Positions 48,313-59,083 of a DNA stretch of 64,000 nucleotides are shown piece by piece. Origin of the DNA: a virus (lineage: Duplodnaviria; Caudoviricetes); IMG/VR virus record IMGVR_UViG_3300045747_000505; one strand, given 5' to 3'. The position numbers and the translations under genes are program-made. Under the pieces are notes generated by a model that was given only the letters and a program-made list of their open reading frames with translations, did not search any database and had not been told where the DNA came from. Every line of letters begins with the position of its first letter. Position 1 is the first letter of the stretch.

Positions 48313-49845
48313 ATGAGCTCCCTCCGCCTCGCCAAGAAGTTCGTCCCCAGCCCGCAGCAAGCGACGGTCTTCGACTGGATCACGAACGGCACCGGTAGCT
48401 GCGTTCTGGAAGCGGTCGCTGGCTCTGGCAAGACCACGACGCTGGTCAAGGCCCTGAACCTGATGAGCGGCTCGATCTTCTTCGGTGCCTACAACAAGAA
48501 GATCGCCGTTGAAATCGAATCCCGCGCCCCGAGCAAGGACGGTCTGGTCATCAGCACCATGCACGCCGCCGGCTTCAGCGCTTGGCGCAACGCGACTCGC
48601 CACCCGCAAGTGAATGGCGACAAGGTCCGCGACATCTTCCGTGACGCTTGTGTCCGCAACATTCAGTACGCGACGTTCGAACGTCCTGTTCTGCAGCTCG
48701 TCTCGCTTGCCAAGCAAGCTGGCCTTGGTCTGACTGGTCTGCCAAGCTTCAAGAGCCGTGCCGCTTGGGAGCAGCTGGTCAAGCACTTCGATGTCGAGAC
48801 GTTCGACGAGAACACCGATACCGACAACACCGAGATCATCATCAAGCTGGCGATCAAGACGCTCGAAGCCTCGATCGCTCAGAACATGAAGATCGTGGAC
48901 TTCGACGACATGATCTACGCTCCGCTCTACCACGGTGCTCGTCTTCCGAAGTACGACTGGGTGCTGCTCGACGAAGCTCAAGACACCAACGCCACTCGTC
49001 GCGCTCTGGCTCTCGGCATGCTGGCTGAAGGTGGTCGTCTCATCGCCGTCGGTGACCGTCACCAAGCGATCTACGGCTTCACTGGTGCCGACTCTGACGC
49101 GCTGGACCTGATCGCTACGGAGACCAACGCCAAGCAGCTTCCGCTGACCATCACGTATCGCTGCCCGAAGGCGGTGGTTGCCTACGCTCAACAGTGGGTC
49201 AACCACATTCAAGCTGCTGAGACGGCTCCCGAAGGTGTGGTCAGCACGCTGAACTCCACCGAGCTGGCTCTGTCCGCCAAGATTGGCGACGCCATCCTCT
49301 GCCGCTTCAACGCTCCGCTCGTCGAGTACGTCTACAAGTTCATCGCTGCTGGTACGCCGGCCATGATCGAAGGCCGTGAAATCGGTAAGGGTCTGGTGAC
49401 TCTGGCTCGTCGTTGGAAGGTCAAGAGCCTTGCCGCTCTGACGACCAAGCTCGAAGCCTGGCAAGAGCGTGAGACGGCCAAGGCCACCGCCAAGGAGAAC
49501 GTCAGCAAGGCGACGGCCATCGAAGACCAGGCGAACTGCCTGAAGGTCATCATCGCTCGCGTCGAGCAGAAGGACCCGACCACGACCAACCCCGTGGCGC
49601 TGGTGGTTGCCGAGATCGAATCGATCTTCGCCGACAATCAGGACTCGACCAAGGTCGTGCTGCTCAGCTCCATTCACAAGAGCAAGGGAAGGGAATGGTC
49701 GAAGGTCTATTGGCTTCAAACTGGTCCCAACAAGCGTGCACGTCTGGACTGGCAACAGGCCCAAGAACGGAATTTGTGTTATGTGGCTGCGACCCGTGCG
49801 ATGGACGAGCTGATCCTCGTTAACATTGAGAAGAAGATTTCCTGA
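48313..49845 (+). CDS. UvrD/Rep-like SF1 helicase
   Basis: AVAGSGKTT, LDEAQD, VGDRHQAIYGFTGA, SSIHKSKGREW, YVAATRA. Confidence 0.92.
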   Translation: MSSLRLAKKFVPSPQQATVFDWITNGTGSCVLEAVAGSGKTTTLVKALNLMSGSIFFGAYNKKIAVEIESRAPSKDGLVISTMHAAGFSAWRNATRHPQVNGDKVRDIFRDACVRNIQYATFERPVLQLVSLAKQAGLGLTGLPSFKSRAAWEQLVKHFDVETFDENTDTDNTEIIIKLAIKTLEASIAQNMKIVDFDDMIYAPLYHGARLPKYDWVLLDEAQDTNATRRALALGMLAEGGRLIAVGDRHQAIYGFTGADSDALDLIATETNAKQLPLTITYRCPKAVVAYAQQWVNHIQAAETAPEGVVSTLNSTELALSAKIGDAILCRFNAPLVEYVYKFIAAGTPAMIEGREIGKGLVTLARRWKVKSLAALTTKLEAWQERETAKATAKENVSKATAIEDQANCLKVIIARVEQKDPTTTNPVALVVAEIESIFADNQDSTKVVLLSSIHKSKGREWSKVYWLQTGPNKRARLDWQQAQERNLCYVAATRAMDELILVNIEKKIS

Positions 49846-50398
49846 GCCTACCGCGACGAGCCATCTCGTCGCGATTTGCCAAGGCGAATGCCCTTTGTTT
49901 TTCAGAGGCATTCGCCTTGAACGCTTCAGAACGAACATGCCCTTGGGCATTCTTTTGCCCTCTCAACTTCAAGTTCGGCACGCCTATCTTGGCTTCGCTG
50001 ATCGCTTTGTTCTTCGCAGCCTTCGCCTCTGGTGTAAGGTTAGCGTGATACGATTTCATTCTAGCGCTGTGTGCTGCTATTTGTTCTGGCGTTTTTGTAT
50101 AACCACTTAGACCGTCACCGCCATCTGTAAGGTTATAGCCATTTGGTGCTTTAGTTTTGTATTGAGCAATCAACTGAACTTCTAAAGCACAGAGGTCCTT
50201 GCGAGAGAAAGAACTCGCAATCTGTTCAACGGTAAAGGCATCAACACCGTATTTGCGGATCGCATTATAGAGAGCGATGTTATCATCTGCCTTCTTTGCC
50301 GTGTTCAGATGGGCTTTGAACCGACGGTTCAAAGAACCCTTCGTGATCCCGATGTATTGTTTGCCGTTCATGGTGTTAGTGATCAAGTAAGCAATCAT
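49820..50398 (-). mobile_element. GIY-YIG homing endonuclease (minus strand)
   Basis: IAYLITNTMNGKQYIGITK; GYNLTDGGDG. Confidence 0.88.
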
Positions 50399-50522
50399 AG
50401 ATCCTCCTCGTCTATTTATCAGGAAAAGAAGGTATTGTAACTGTCATTTCTTGGTTACACTTCATCGCTCACAGAACCCAAGATCTGTGGTAGAATAGTG
50501 TCACTGAACAAAGGAGCCAACC

Positions 50523-51954
50523 ATGGCCGCCGTCACCAAGCTCGGTCTCGAAACTCACGTCGAGATCATCATCTACGATCCGTTGCCAACCGTCGTCAAG
50601 AAGCGCTTCGACAACTGCACCCGCCCCGCCATCATCGCCGCCATCGAGCGTGAGTATGGCGATGACCTGATCGGCATCGCCATCTACGATGTCAGCAAGG
50701 TGCAGGTCGATGGCATCGTCTATCGCTCGGACCCCATCAACAAGACTAGCTGGAAGCGGAGCTGAGCATGGCTCAACTCAACGCACATCAACTTGGCGAG
50801 CTCGACGCTCGCGACTTTCTTGGCGACGACACGTGGCGCCGGTGGAAGCAGCTCTACGACGAAGCCATGGCCTATCGCAAGACCCTCAAGGGCAAGCCGA
50901 CCGAGGAGCAGCGCGCTCAGCTCGAGGCGAACGCCGAGTGGGTTGCCTTCTGCGACCACGTGCTGTGGCACTCGGCTCGCCTTCGTGATCGGTGCTGCTG
51001 CCGGTCGTGCACTCAGAAACGTGACAGGATCACATCATGAACTTCGAATCAGTTAGCGACCTCACCATGAACCGCATGGTCAGCGTGCCAGACGCCAAGC
51101 AGAACATCGTTCGTCTGGACGACGGCGAGCTGCTGCTGGTCTCCATTCAGCTGCCGAATGGGCAAGAGCGCCTCATCAAGATCTCCAGCATGGGTTGGAT
51201 GACGCTGGTCGAGGCGCCGCGCGAGAAGACCGAGCTGCTGTTCCGCATGGGACCACCGTCCTTCGCCGTCAACGAAGTCTGCTTCGATCCTCGAGGATAA
51301 ATAGATCTCCCACCAACCGCACCTTTAGGAGGATGCTATGACACCGCTAAACGCAATTCCAATGGAACACCTCGTCGCTCTGTAAACGGCATCTCGCCGA
51401 AGTTCCGGCGAATGTCGGAGCTGTATCGTCACTTCGGAACGCCCATGGGGCGAACCTTAATCTTCGATGACGACGCTTTGCTTTCGTTGTATAATCACGA
51501 AAGCTATGGAACACCCCTCAGCGAGCGCAATGGGTTCGCCGTTGGCAAGCAGTACCTGAACCTGACGGTAACCGCTTGGCGTGAGATGATCCTCGAGGGG
51601 ACGCTCGCTAAGTTCGAGCTGTACGAGGACCCTGCCTACCCGCACTGGTGGTTGGACGGTGTGCTGAACAATCTCTACAAGGACATGACCTATGAAGATC
51701 TCCTCAAGACGTCCCGCGTCGGTGGAAGCCATCGTATCCGACATTCGTGACAAGTGGAGCGCCGAGGACCTGGCCTTCGTAAAGTCTGGCGCTTTCTCGA
51801 TGGGCGCCGTTGGGCGTCGCATTCGCAACGAGTACGGGCTGTGGAATCCGTCGTGTCCGCTGACCGCACGCTGGCACGCTGACCCTGCCAACCGCTTCAT
51901 TCGTGACGGCATCGACTTCTCCGTCGACCATCCGGACAGCGTGGCCGAGCGCAT
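50523..51954 (+). CDS. Run of small hypothetical ORFs (50523, 50768, 51037, 51412, 51692)
   Basis: Tightly packed + strand ORFs with SD sequences and stop/start overlaps; no recognised motifs. Confidence 0.55.
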
Positions 51955-51981
51955 CGAGAGCCTGCTTCGGGAGCAGCTGCA

Positions 51982-52554
51982 ATGAAGATCCTCTTTCTCG
52001 ATATCGACGGCGTGCTGAACAGCTCACGCTCCGTGCTGGCCCGCAGCGGACAGCACCTGATGAACATTGGTGCTTACAATGCAGTGCGCATGCTCTGCGC
52101 TGGCGAGCTGCCGTACGGCATCAAGCAATCGCTGGAGACGGTCGACCCAGTCGCCGTTGACCTCGTCAATCGCTTGCTCTCGAAGGATGAGGACCTGCGC
52201 ATCGTGCTGTCCAGCTCACATCGCTCGTACTTCTCCTCTGTCGCCTATCTGACGCAGTTCGGCTCTGGCGAGCATCTCGCCGCGCTTCAGACCTACCTCA
52301 AGGCGCTTGGGCTGATGGCTGATCGCCTCATCGGCTGCACGCCGCAGCTCCACACCTACCGTGGCACCGAGTGTCGCAAGTGGTTGGAAGAGCATCGTGA
52401 GGTGCGATACGCGTGCGCGCTCGACGATGGCGCCGACTTTCACAAGGGCGACTGCTACCACGTGCTCGTCAATCCAGCCATTGGCTTCTCAGCGGACGAC
52501 TACTACCAAGTATGTCGCCACCTCTTCATCGACGAAAGTCCCATTCTGATCTAA
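51982..52554 (+). CDS. HAD-family protein, Swiss-Army-Knife RNA-repair-like
   Basis: ILFLDIDGVLN, IVLSSSHR, YACALDD. Confidence 0.75.
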   Translation: MKILFLDIDGVLNSSRSVLARSGQHLMNIGAYNAVRMLCAGELPYGIKQSLETVDPVAVDLVNRLLSKDEDLRIVLSSSHRSYFSSVAYLTQFGSGEHLAALQTYLKALGLMADRLIGCTPQLHTYRGTECRKWLEEHREVRYACALDDGADFHKGDCYHVLVNPAIGFSADDYYQVCRHLFIDESPILI

Positions 52555-52563
52555 GGAGGCATC

Positions 52564-52746
52564 ATGCCTGAATTCAAAGCTGGCGACGTCGTTCGCCTCA
52601 AGTCCGGTGGTCCGCGCATGACCTTGTACTTCATCTCTGGTGCGAACGTGACCTGCAAGTACTTCAACAAGGTCACTGGGCTGATCGTGCAGGAGACGTT
52701 CTTCATGCACATGCTCGAGGTCGCCTTGCCGGGCGAAGGCGAATGA
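52564..52746 (+). CDS. DUF2158/YodC-like protein
   Basis: FKAGDVVRLKSGGPRMT. Confidence 0.8.
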   Translation: MPEFKAGDVVRLKSGGPRMTLYFISGANVTCKYFNKVTGLIVQETFFMHMLEVALPGEGE

Positions 52747-53042
52747 GAAAGCCTACCTACGAAGAGCTCGAGGGTGGACTCCGCTCGTTCGCCTTTCGCG
52801 TGAACTTCCATCGCACGATGTCCATGGACAATCAAGCGGTGCTGAACGACCTCGCTGACCTGGACGCCTACGTTCAAGCGCACAGCAGCCACAACGGCGA
52901 GAACCCGCAGAAGCTCATCGACGCTCGCGTCAACGAAGCCTTCTGGCTGCGCATCGCCAAGATGACACCGCCGGCCAGGGTGCCGACCGAGCCGAAGGTT
53001 GCCAAGGAGCGCAAGCCGCGCAAGAAGAAGGACGCCGTATGA
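52743..53042 (+). CDS. Hypothetical protein
   Basis: ATGA-coupled ORF. Confidence 0.6.
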   Translation: MRKPTYEELEGGLRSFAFRVNFHRTMSMDNQAVLNDLADLDAYVQAHSSHNGENPQKLIDARVNEAFWLRIAKMTPPARVPTEPKVAKERKPRKKKDAV

Positions 53043-53312
53043 ACAGCATTGAACGAATGCTCGAGCACATCATCGAGATGCAGCGCTGGGCAGCTCAGGA
53101 CCCCGTGAAGAACGATGCGCTGCTCAATCACCTGCTGCGCGTTCGTGACGAGCTCGAGCGTCGGCTGGCGAAATCATGAGCGTGAAGAACGTTGAGCTGC
53201 CCGCTCAGTACTTCGACAAGGCGCGCCTCGAAGCCGATGCGCTGCGCGCCGAGTGGTGGGCGTACATCGAGAAGAATCAGAAGACTCTGACGTCCATTCC
53301 GACGTTTCAAGA

Positions 53313-54098
53313 ATGGTACGCGCAGCGCTCGCCGTCTTGATGCTGTGCTTCAGCTGTCTCGCTCACGCGGTGACAGCTGAAGCTTACATCGTCATCGACG
53401 CTGACCGCGGCGTGCTGCTCGAGAAGAATGCGGACGACGTTCGCTCCATCGCCTCCATCACCAAGCTGATCACGGCGCGAGCCGCCATCGATCAGGATCA
53501 AGAGACGCTCATTCGCATTCTGCCTGAGGATTTGAAGCTCGGGCACATGCGGCGCACTCCACTGCGCGCTGGCGGACTCTACTCTCGCCGCGAGCTGATC
53601 GAGCTGACGCTCGTCTCCTCGGACAACGTCGCCGCCATTGCGCTTGGGCGCTACGCCACCTCACCGGTCTTTCTACCAGAGAACACGCGCTACGTCGAGG
53701 CGTCTGGTCTTGATGCGGGCAACGTCTCAACGGCGCGTGAGATTGCTGAGTTCGCTCAGGGGCTGCTCGCCACGCCGTTGGCTGACATCTCAACGCGCTC
53801 GACAGCTTCAATTGGCAATACCGAACGAGGCTCGACGAACCCGCTCATTCTGAACCCAAGGTGGAATTTTCTACTTTCGAAGACCGGCTTCATCAACCGC
53901 TCAGGAGGGTGCGTAGTGACGATCATCGTGACGGGTGGTAGACTATTGACCTTCGTTGTTCTGGGGTCCAGGAGCATTCCTGATCGTTGGAGGGACCTTC
54001 AGGAGCTGCGGCGCATGGTCGATGAGAACGCTCCGCCGGATCAGATTGTAACGCGAGCAAAGCGTTACAAATCGGTTCGACACAACGCTTCGCGTTGA
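53313..54098 (+). CDS. D-alanyl-D-alanine carboxy/endopeptidase (peptidase S11, PBP7-like)
   Basis: Signal peptide; SIASITK (SxxK), SDN (SxN), KTG. Confidence 0.88.
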   Translation: MVRAALAVLMLCFSCLAHAVTAEAYIVIDADRGVLLEKNADDVRSIASITKLITARAAIDQDQETLIRILPEDLKLGHMRRTPLRAGGLYSRRELIELTLVSSDNVAAIALGRYATSPVFLPENTRYVEASGLDAGNVSTAREIAEFAQGLLATPLADISTRSTASIGNTERGSTNPLILNPRWNFLLSKTGFINRSGGCVVTIIVTGGRLLTFVVLGSRSIPDRWRDLQELRRMVDENAPPDQIVTRAKRYKSVRHNASR

Positions 54099-54133
54099 TG
54101 TTATAATCGAGCCACGATAACTCGGAGCCGCAC

Positions 54134-54544
54134 ATGGCAGACATTCGCACTATCACCCTCAAGGCCAACTCAATCGTTGCTGTCGAGCGTGACACCCATC
54201 AGCTCGGCATCCCCGGCATGTCGTTCGTCCTGTTCAAGCCGTACCTCGCCACGCGACAACTGGTCGAGACGATCGAAGAAGGTGAGCGCATTCGAGTCGA
54301 GCTCAAGGACATCGGCGGCGCGCACACCAGCGACCTGGTCTTCATCTGGGACGGCTTCTTCACGGACACTCGAATCAACACGATGGTGATCGAGGTCGGC
54401 ATCGACGACCTGGTCGATGACGTGGTCGCCGAACCGACGGCCGATGAGGTTCGAGTCATGCATGACGGCGAGCTTCGCACCCTCACTGAGGCCTACGCCG
54501 AAACCCTCAACGGCAAGCTCAACGCCATCTTCGGCACTCCATAA
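54134..54544 (+). CDS. Hypothetical protein
   Basis: SD GGAG after a GTTACA-N32-TATAAT promoter. Confidence 0.65.
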   Translation: MADIRTITLKANSIVAVERDTHQLGIPGMSFVLFKPYLATRQLVETIEEGERIRVELKDIGGAHTSDLVFIWDGFFTDTRINTMVIEVGIDDLVDDVVAEPTADEVRVMHDGELRTLTEAYAETLNGKLNAIFGTP

Positions 54545-54551
54545 ATACTAC

Positions 54552-54626
54552 ACCGCCATAGTCCAACGGAGAGGACGGGGACCTCCTAAGTCTCAGACGC
54601 TGGTTCGATTCCAGCTGGCGGTACCA
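54552..54626 (+). tRNA. tRNA-Arg(CCT)
   Basis: GGGAC-CTCCTAA-GTCTC, CCA; ATAAATA 5 nt upstream. Confidence 0.9.
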
Positions 54627-54633
54627 ACACCAC

Positions 54634-55167
54634 ATGATCACACAACTTCACGATCCCGATCGACCGCTGATTCTGCGCCACCTTCTGGCTCTCAATCGCG
54701 AGGATCGCTACCTTCGCTTCTTCGCCTCGCTTGGCGACTACGCCATCACGCACTACGTCAACAACGTCCTCGACATGAACGCGGGCCGAGCCTACGGTGC
54801 GGTGGTCGACGGCAAGCTCGTTGGCTTCGCGCACATCAGCTCGATCATTCCGGCTGGTGAGCACATCATGGCTGAGTTCGCCGTGTCGGTGGATCGTGAT
54901 CAGCGCGGCGCCGGATTGGCAAGTCAGCTGCTCTTCATCGCCATTCAGTATGCCGAGGAGGAGGGCATCAACACGCTCTTCATGTCCTGCCTGCGCGAGA
55001 ACAAGGCCATGCAGCACATCGCTCGCAAGGCCGGGCTGAACGTCGTCGTGAACGCCGACGAGGCCTACGCCGACCTCACCACCACGCCGAAGTCGGTCAT
55101 CTCCGTCTACGACAAGGTCGAGATGCTCGACGAGGATCTTTCCAACATTGCACTGGGGCTGATATGA
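54634..55167 (+). CDS. GNAT acetyltransferase
   Basis: AEFAVSVDRDQRGAGLASQLL; CLRENKAMQHIARKAG. Confidence 0.88.
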   Translation: MITQLHDPDRPLILRHLLALNREDRYLRFFASLGDYAITHYVNNVLDMNAGRAYGAVVDGKLVGFAHISSIIPAGEHIMAEFAVSVDRDQRGAGLASQLLFIAIQYAEEEGINTLFMSCLRENKAMQHIARKAGLNVVVNADEAYADLTTTPKSVISVYDKVEMLDEDLSNIALGLI

Positions 55168-55843
55168 GCAAGGGTGACGATCAAATCTGGCACGCGAATC
55201 GGACCTCGCAGGGTGAGAACGCTGGCATGCACATCAAGCTGCTGTCGTGGCAGCACGTGTTCAACGGCGACAAGACGCGCTGGATGGGCGGGCGTGAAGA
55301 GTGCTCGGTGGTCGCGGACCGTGCCTGCTACTCCTACTACGCGTGGAACGAGCGCATCTACCGTGTGGACGGCGACACCGACACCGGCCTGACGATCGCC
55401 GACGTGTCATGACCGAGCGCATCTACCTCAACGTCCTGCGCGACGGCGAGCCGACCATTCTGGCCATCTCCAAGTCGACGTATCGACGCATGCTCGACGT
55501 GCTGAAGTTCGCACAGCAAGAGCTGGAGCGCGAGCAGCTGCTCAACGGGCCGCGCGTCGCAGCGGCAAAGTTCAAACGGAGCAAGCTGTGGGTCAACACA
55601 TCACGCACGAATATCTACACACATCCATGGCTGGTTCCTACTGGGTACAGTGCGAGGTGGTCCGCGAAACTGAGACCCACTTCGTTATCAAGTACTTGGA
55701 CCCACTCGTCGACGAGACGATGACCTGCATGACTCGCAAGTGCTACACTCGTGAGGTTGCCGAACCTGTTTTGCCCGACGAGCAGGACTGGTTTTGAAGA
55801 TAGAATAGCCTTACCATCAACCTGATTCAAAGGGATTTTCAAA

Positions 55844-56680
55844 ATGCTGTTTCTCGGACTTGGGCTCATCGAGCTCCTCTTTTGCGCGGTGCTGCTCATC
55901 GCGCTCATCATCGCCACGGCCTTCGACCGGCGTGGTCACGAAGCCTACAAGTGGCTCGTGCTGATCGTCGGCGGTGCCTTTCTGTGGGTTCACTTCGGTG
56001 ACTCCTTCACGCTGTGGGGCAACGCACACGTCGCCGCCGTCATCGACCCGGTCTCGCAGAAGGTCACCAAGGAAGCCTACGACCGCGTCGTCCTCTGGGA
56101 TGCCGTGATGACCGCAGCCTTCTGGCGACCAGCTGGTCTCTACTTCGGTGCTGGTCTCCTCTACGTCCTGTTCGAATTCTTCTTCGGCATCTGGCGCGCC
56201 AAGAACCAGTACGCTGACCGTTGGGCGAAGTTCCTCAAGACGACCATCAACGGCAAGCTCTTCATCAGCGGCGAAGAACTGTTCGGCGTCAATGAGCAGC
56301 TGGCCTCCAAGGGTCAAGACGAGCTCAAGAGCGGCGACACCTACTCGACGATCTTCCGCTCGGCATCCGCCAACGGTGACATCGTTCCGCTGGTCGTCTT
56401 CGCTCGTGATCGCATCGACGGCAAGTTCGACAAGTCGAACACCAAGGCCGAGTGGATTCACGTCGAGCGCATCGACGGCACCCTCGAGATCGAGCCGAAG
56501 ATCGCCAAGTGGAACCTGACACAGTGGGTCACGGCTTGGACGCTGTTCTGGCCAGCCTACGGTCTGAGCCTGATCTTTGGCGACCTGCTCGCCGAAGCGT
56601 GGAAGGCCTTCACTGACTTCCTGGTCTACATCAGCCGCCACATCGTGAAGTTCAGCTTCGCCGGCATCTTCAAGTTCTAA
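55844..56680 (+). CDS. Multi-pass membrane hypothetical protein
   Basis: Several hydrophobic segments; promoter at 55763-55806. Confidence 0.65.
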   Translation: MLFLGLGLIELLFCAVLLIALIIATAFDRRGHEAYKWLVLIVGGAFLWVHFGDSFTLWGNAHVAAVIDPVSQKVTKEAYDRVVLWDAVMTAAFWRPAGLYFGAGLLYVLFEFFFGIWRAKNQYADRWAKFLKTTINGKLFISGEELFGVNEQLASKGQDELKSGDTYSTIFRSASANGDIVPLVVFARDRIDGKFDKSNTKAEWIHVERIDGTLEIEPKIAKWNLTQWVTAWTLFWPAYGLSLIFGDLLAEAWKAFTDFLVYISRHIVKFSFAGIFKF

Positions 56681-56726
56681 GGACTTGAGCCAATCGGGTG
56701 GGACGCAAGTCCCGCCCTTTCGGGGT

Positions 56727-57629
56727 ATGAAAGCACTGAAAACCTTCGAACCCAATCTGCTTGGTCGCGATTTCATGATCGGCGACCTACACGGGTCTCT
56801 GTCGATGCTTGGCATTCTGCTGGAGGGTATCGGCTTCGACTACGAGCGCGATCGCCTCTTCAGCGTTGGCGACCTCGTCGATCGTGGTGAGGATCATCTC
56901 GCTTGCCTCGCGCTGCTGCGCGAACCCTGGTTTCACGCCGTTCGTGCCAACCACGAGGAGATGCTGCTCTCTGGCACGCTGCATTACGACAACGACCTCG
57001 CCGGGTCGTGGATGCAGAACGGCGGCATGTGGGCGCTGCAAAGCATCTCGCGTATCATCAACAAGCAACCGTTGGAGCCCGAGGACGAAGAGCTGCTCGA
57101 GCTGGCGAAGCTCGCCGACGAGCTGCCGTACCTCATCACGGTCAAGCTGAAGAGCGGTGAGCAAGTGCACCTTGTGCACGCTGAGCTGCCGCCGATCCTT
57201 GGCATCACCGACGTTGACCTCGCGTCTGAGGAGTTCGTGCAGCAGATCGCTCGCCACACGGAGAACAACCCGTACGACCGTGCCTCGACGCGCTCGCACC
57301 TGCTCTGGGGTCGTGAGGTCTTTCTAAACTTCTATCGTGCCGACCTGTCCAACCACGCGCAGATCGTGCGCACCGCTCGCTACCATCACTTCGGACATCA
57401 ACCAGAGCTGAGCCGTGTCGTCTCTGGCCACACCATCGTTCAGCGCCCACTGACCATCTTCAACTTCACCTGCATCGACACCGCAGCGTACGATGTGAAG
57501 CGCAAGGCGTGGGCTGGTCTGACCTGTCTCGAGCTGGACACCTGGACGTTCCGTCGTGCTCGGCCTGAAGGGGTCACGATCGTTGAGCCGGTTGTTGTAA
57601 ATAGCTATCCTAACGACGGAGATGAATGA
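56727..57629 (+). CDS. Ser/Thr protein phosphatase (metallophosphoesterase, lambda-PP-like)
   Basis: GDLHG, GDLVDRG, RANHE, GHT; start at the ATG at 56727. Confidence 0.9.
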   Translation: MKALKTFEPNLLGRDFMIGDLHGSLSMLGILLEGIGFDYERDRLFSVGDLVDRGEDHLACLALLREPWFHAVRANHEEMLLSGTLHYDNDLAGSWMQNGGMWALQSISRIINKQPLEPEDEELLELAKLADELPYLITVKLKSGEQVHLVHAELPPILGITDVDLASEEFVQQIARHTENNPYDRASTRSHLLWGREVFLNFYRADLSNHAQIVRTARYHHFGHQPELSRVVSGHTIVQRPLTIFNFTCIDTAAYDVKRKAWAGLTCLELDTWTFRRARPEGVTIVEPVVVNSYPNDGDE

Positions 57630-58050
57630 TGGCTGACACACCGAACCTGCACAAGACCATGGCCGCTGACGACAAGCTGGCTTCGATCATGACCAAGCTT
57701 GAAGCGAACATCGCAGCTCTGAAAAAGGCGGCTGCCGCTGTCGAGAAGCCGACGATGTTTCAAGTTCGGATGGTTGAGCAAGCGTCGAAGGAGCTCGAGC
57801 ACCTCGCGACGGACCTTCACTCGCGACAGCGAGTTCGGTGATGATTCTCACCATCCCATGCTCGCCAGAGCAGACTGACGTCATCGCTGATCATCTCATC
57901 TACGAGAAGGTGCTTGGCGTTCAGCCTGACGAGCGAGCATGGATGCTGGCGCAAGCGCGCAAACAATACCCAACCTGCAAGATTCGAAAGGCGGATCTCG
58001 ACCTCGAGAACGCCGAGTGGATTTTGACTCTAGACTCATAGGAATACGCC

Positions 58051-58449
58051 ATGGCTTCAGTTCAGCAAATGATTGAGACGGACGTCAGCGTTCTGCTTCT
58101 GCGCGCGCTCAACAACAAGACGCTCGTTGCCTTTGGCGACGACGGCCTTGGCAAGTATGGTACTTGCGACATGCCGCAGTACTATGCCGTCCATGACCTC
58201 GACATCTCGGTCGACATCAACGAGGCGGATGACACCGCCGCCGGTGTCGTGTACATCGAGTTGGCCGGCTATGACGCTGCGCGCTTCGGAGCCATCACCA
58301 CAGATCGGAACTTTCTGCTTAGCGTTCAGGAGCAGCTCGAAAGCGTTGGAATCGATCGTTCTGTGTTGACTTACGCCCCAGACGGCAATCATCTGGAGTA
58401 CGGCGTGCTGATGTCGATCGATATCAAGAAGTTGTTGGATTGGCCATAA
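58051..58449 (+). CDS. Hypothetical protein
   Basis: SD AGGA, 132 aa. Confidence 0.6.
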   Translation: MASVQQMIETDVSVLLLRALNNKTLVAFGDDGLGKYGTCDMPQYYAVHDLDISVDINEADDTAAGVVYIELAGYDAARFGAITTDRNFLLSVQEQLESVGIDRSVLTYAPDGNHLEYGVLMSIDIKKLLDWP

Positions 58450-58472
58450 ATAAAACTTAACAAGGAGACAAC

Positions 58473-58826
58473 ATGCGCATCGACGAACTTCTCAGCTGCT
58501 GTCCAGAAACCCTACTCGAGGACAGCCCAGTTGAACCAATCACAGAGGCCCTGTATCAGGGCAAAACCGTCGAGCTGAACTCTCCAAAGCGCGGTGGCAC
58601 GCGCAAGTTCTACGTCTACGTGAAGAATGGTCAGGGCAACATCGTCAAGGTCAGCTTCGGCGACCCGAACGCCACGATCAAGAACGACGACCCGAAGGCT
58701 GCCGCTTCGTTCCGTGCTCGCCACAAGTGCGCGCAGCAGAAGGACAAGACGTCGGCCGCGTACTGGAGTTGCAACGTGGCTCGCTACGCCAAGTCACTCG
58801 GGCTCAGCTCGTCTCGCCCATGGTGA
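58473..58826 (+). CDS. Conserved large-phage protein (KFYVYVK..KVSFGD..SFRARHKC..YWSC)
   Basis: Recognisable phage family pattern; ATAAATA at 58446; MRIDELL N-terminus. Confidence 0.65.
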   Translation: MRIDELLSCCPETLLEDSPVEPITEALYQGKTVELNSPKRGGTRKFYVYVKNGQGNIVKVSFGDPNATIKNDDPKAAASFRARHKCAQQKDKTSAAYWSCNVARYAKSLGLSSSRPW

Positions 58827-59083
58827 AACCGCTGCCGTTCATGGAGAACGGCTTGACTCGTATCTTTTCTGCCTCGGTCGATGAGACCGAGCTGCAGTGG
58901 CATTGGGATGAGGAAGATCGCTTGGTCTATCCGAATCACGAAACTAGTTGGCGCATTCAGCTTGACAATCAGCTGCCAAGAGAGTTGATTGTAGATGACA
59001 TCATTTTTATTCCCGCTGGTGTTTGGCACCGGCTTCTAAAGGGCAGCGAAGACCTCTCGCTGCAAGTCATCAAATGCAAGTAA
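58820..59083 (+). CDS. Cupin-like protein
   Basis: WHWDEEDR...IFIPAGVWHRLLKG. Confidence 0.7.
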   Translation: MVKPLPFMENGLTRIFSASVDETELQWHWDEEDRLVYPNHETSWRIQLDNQLPRELIVDDIIFIPAGVWHRLLKGSEDLSLQVIKCK

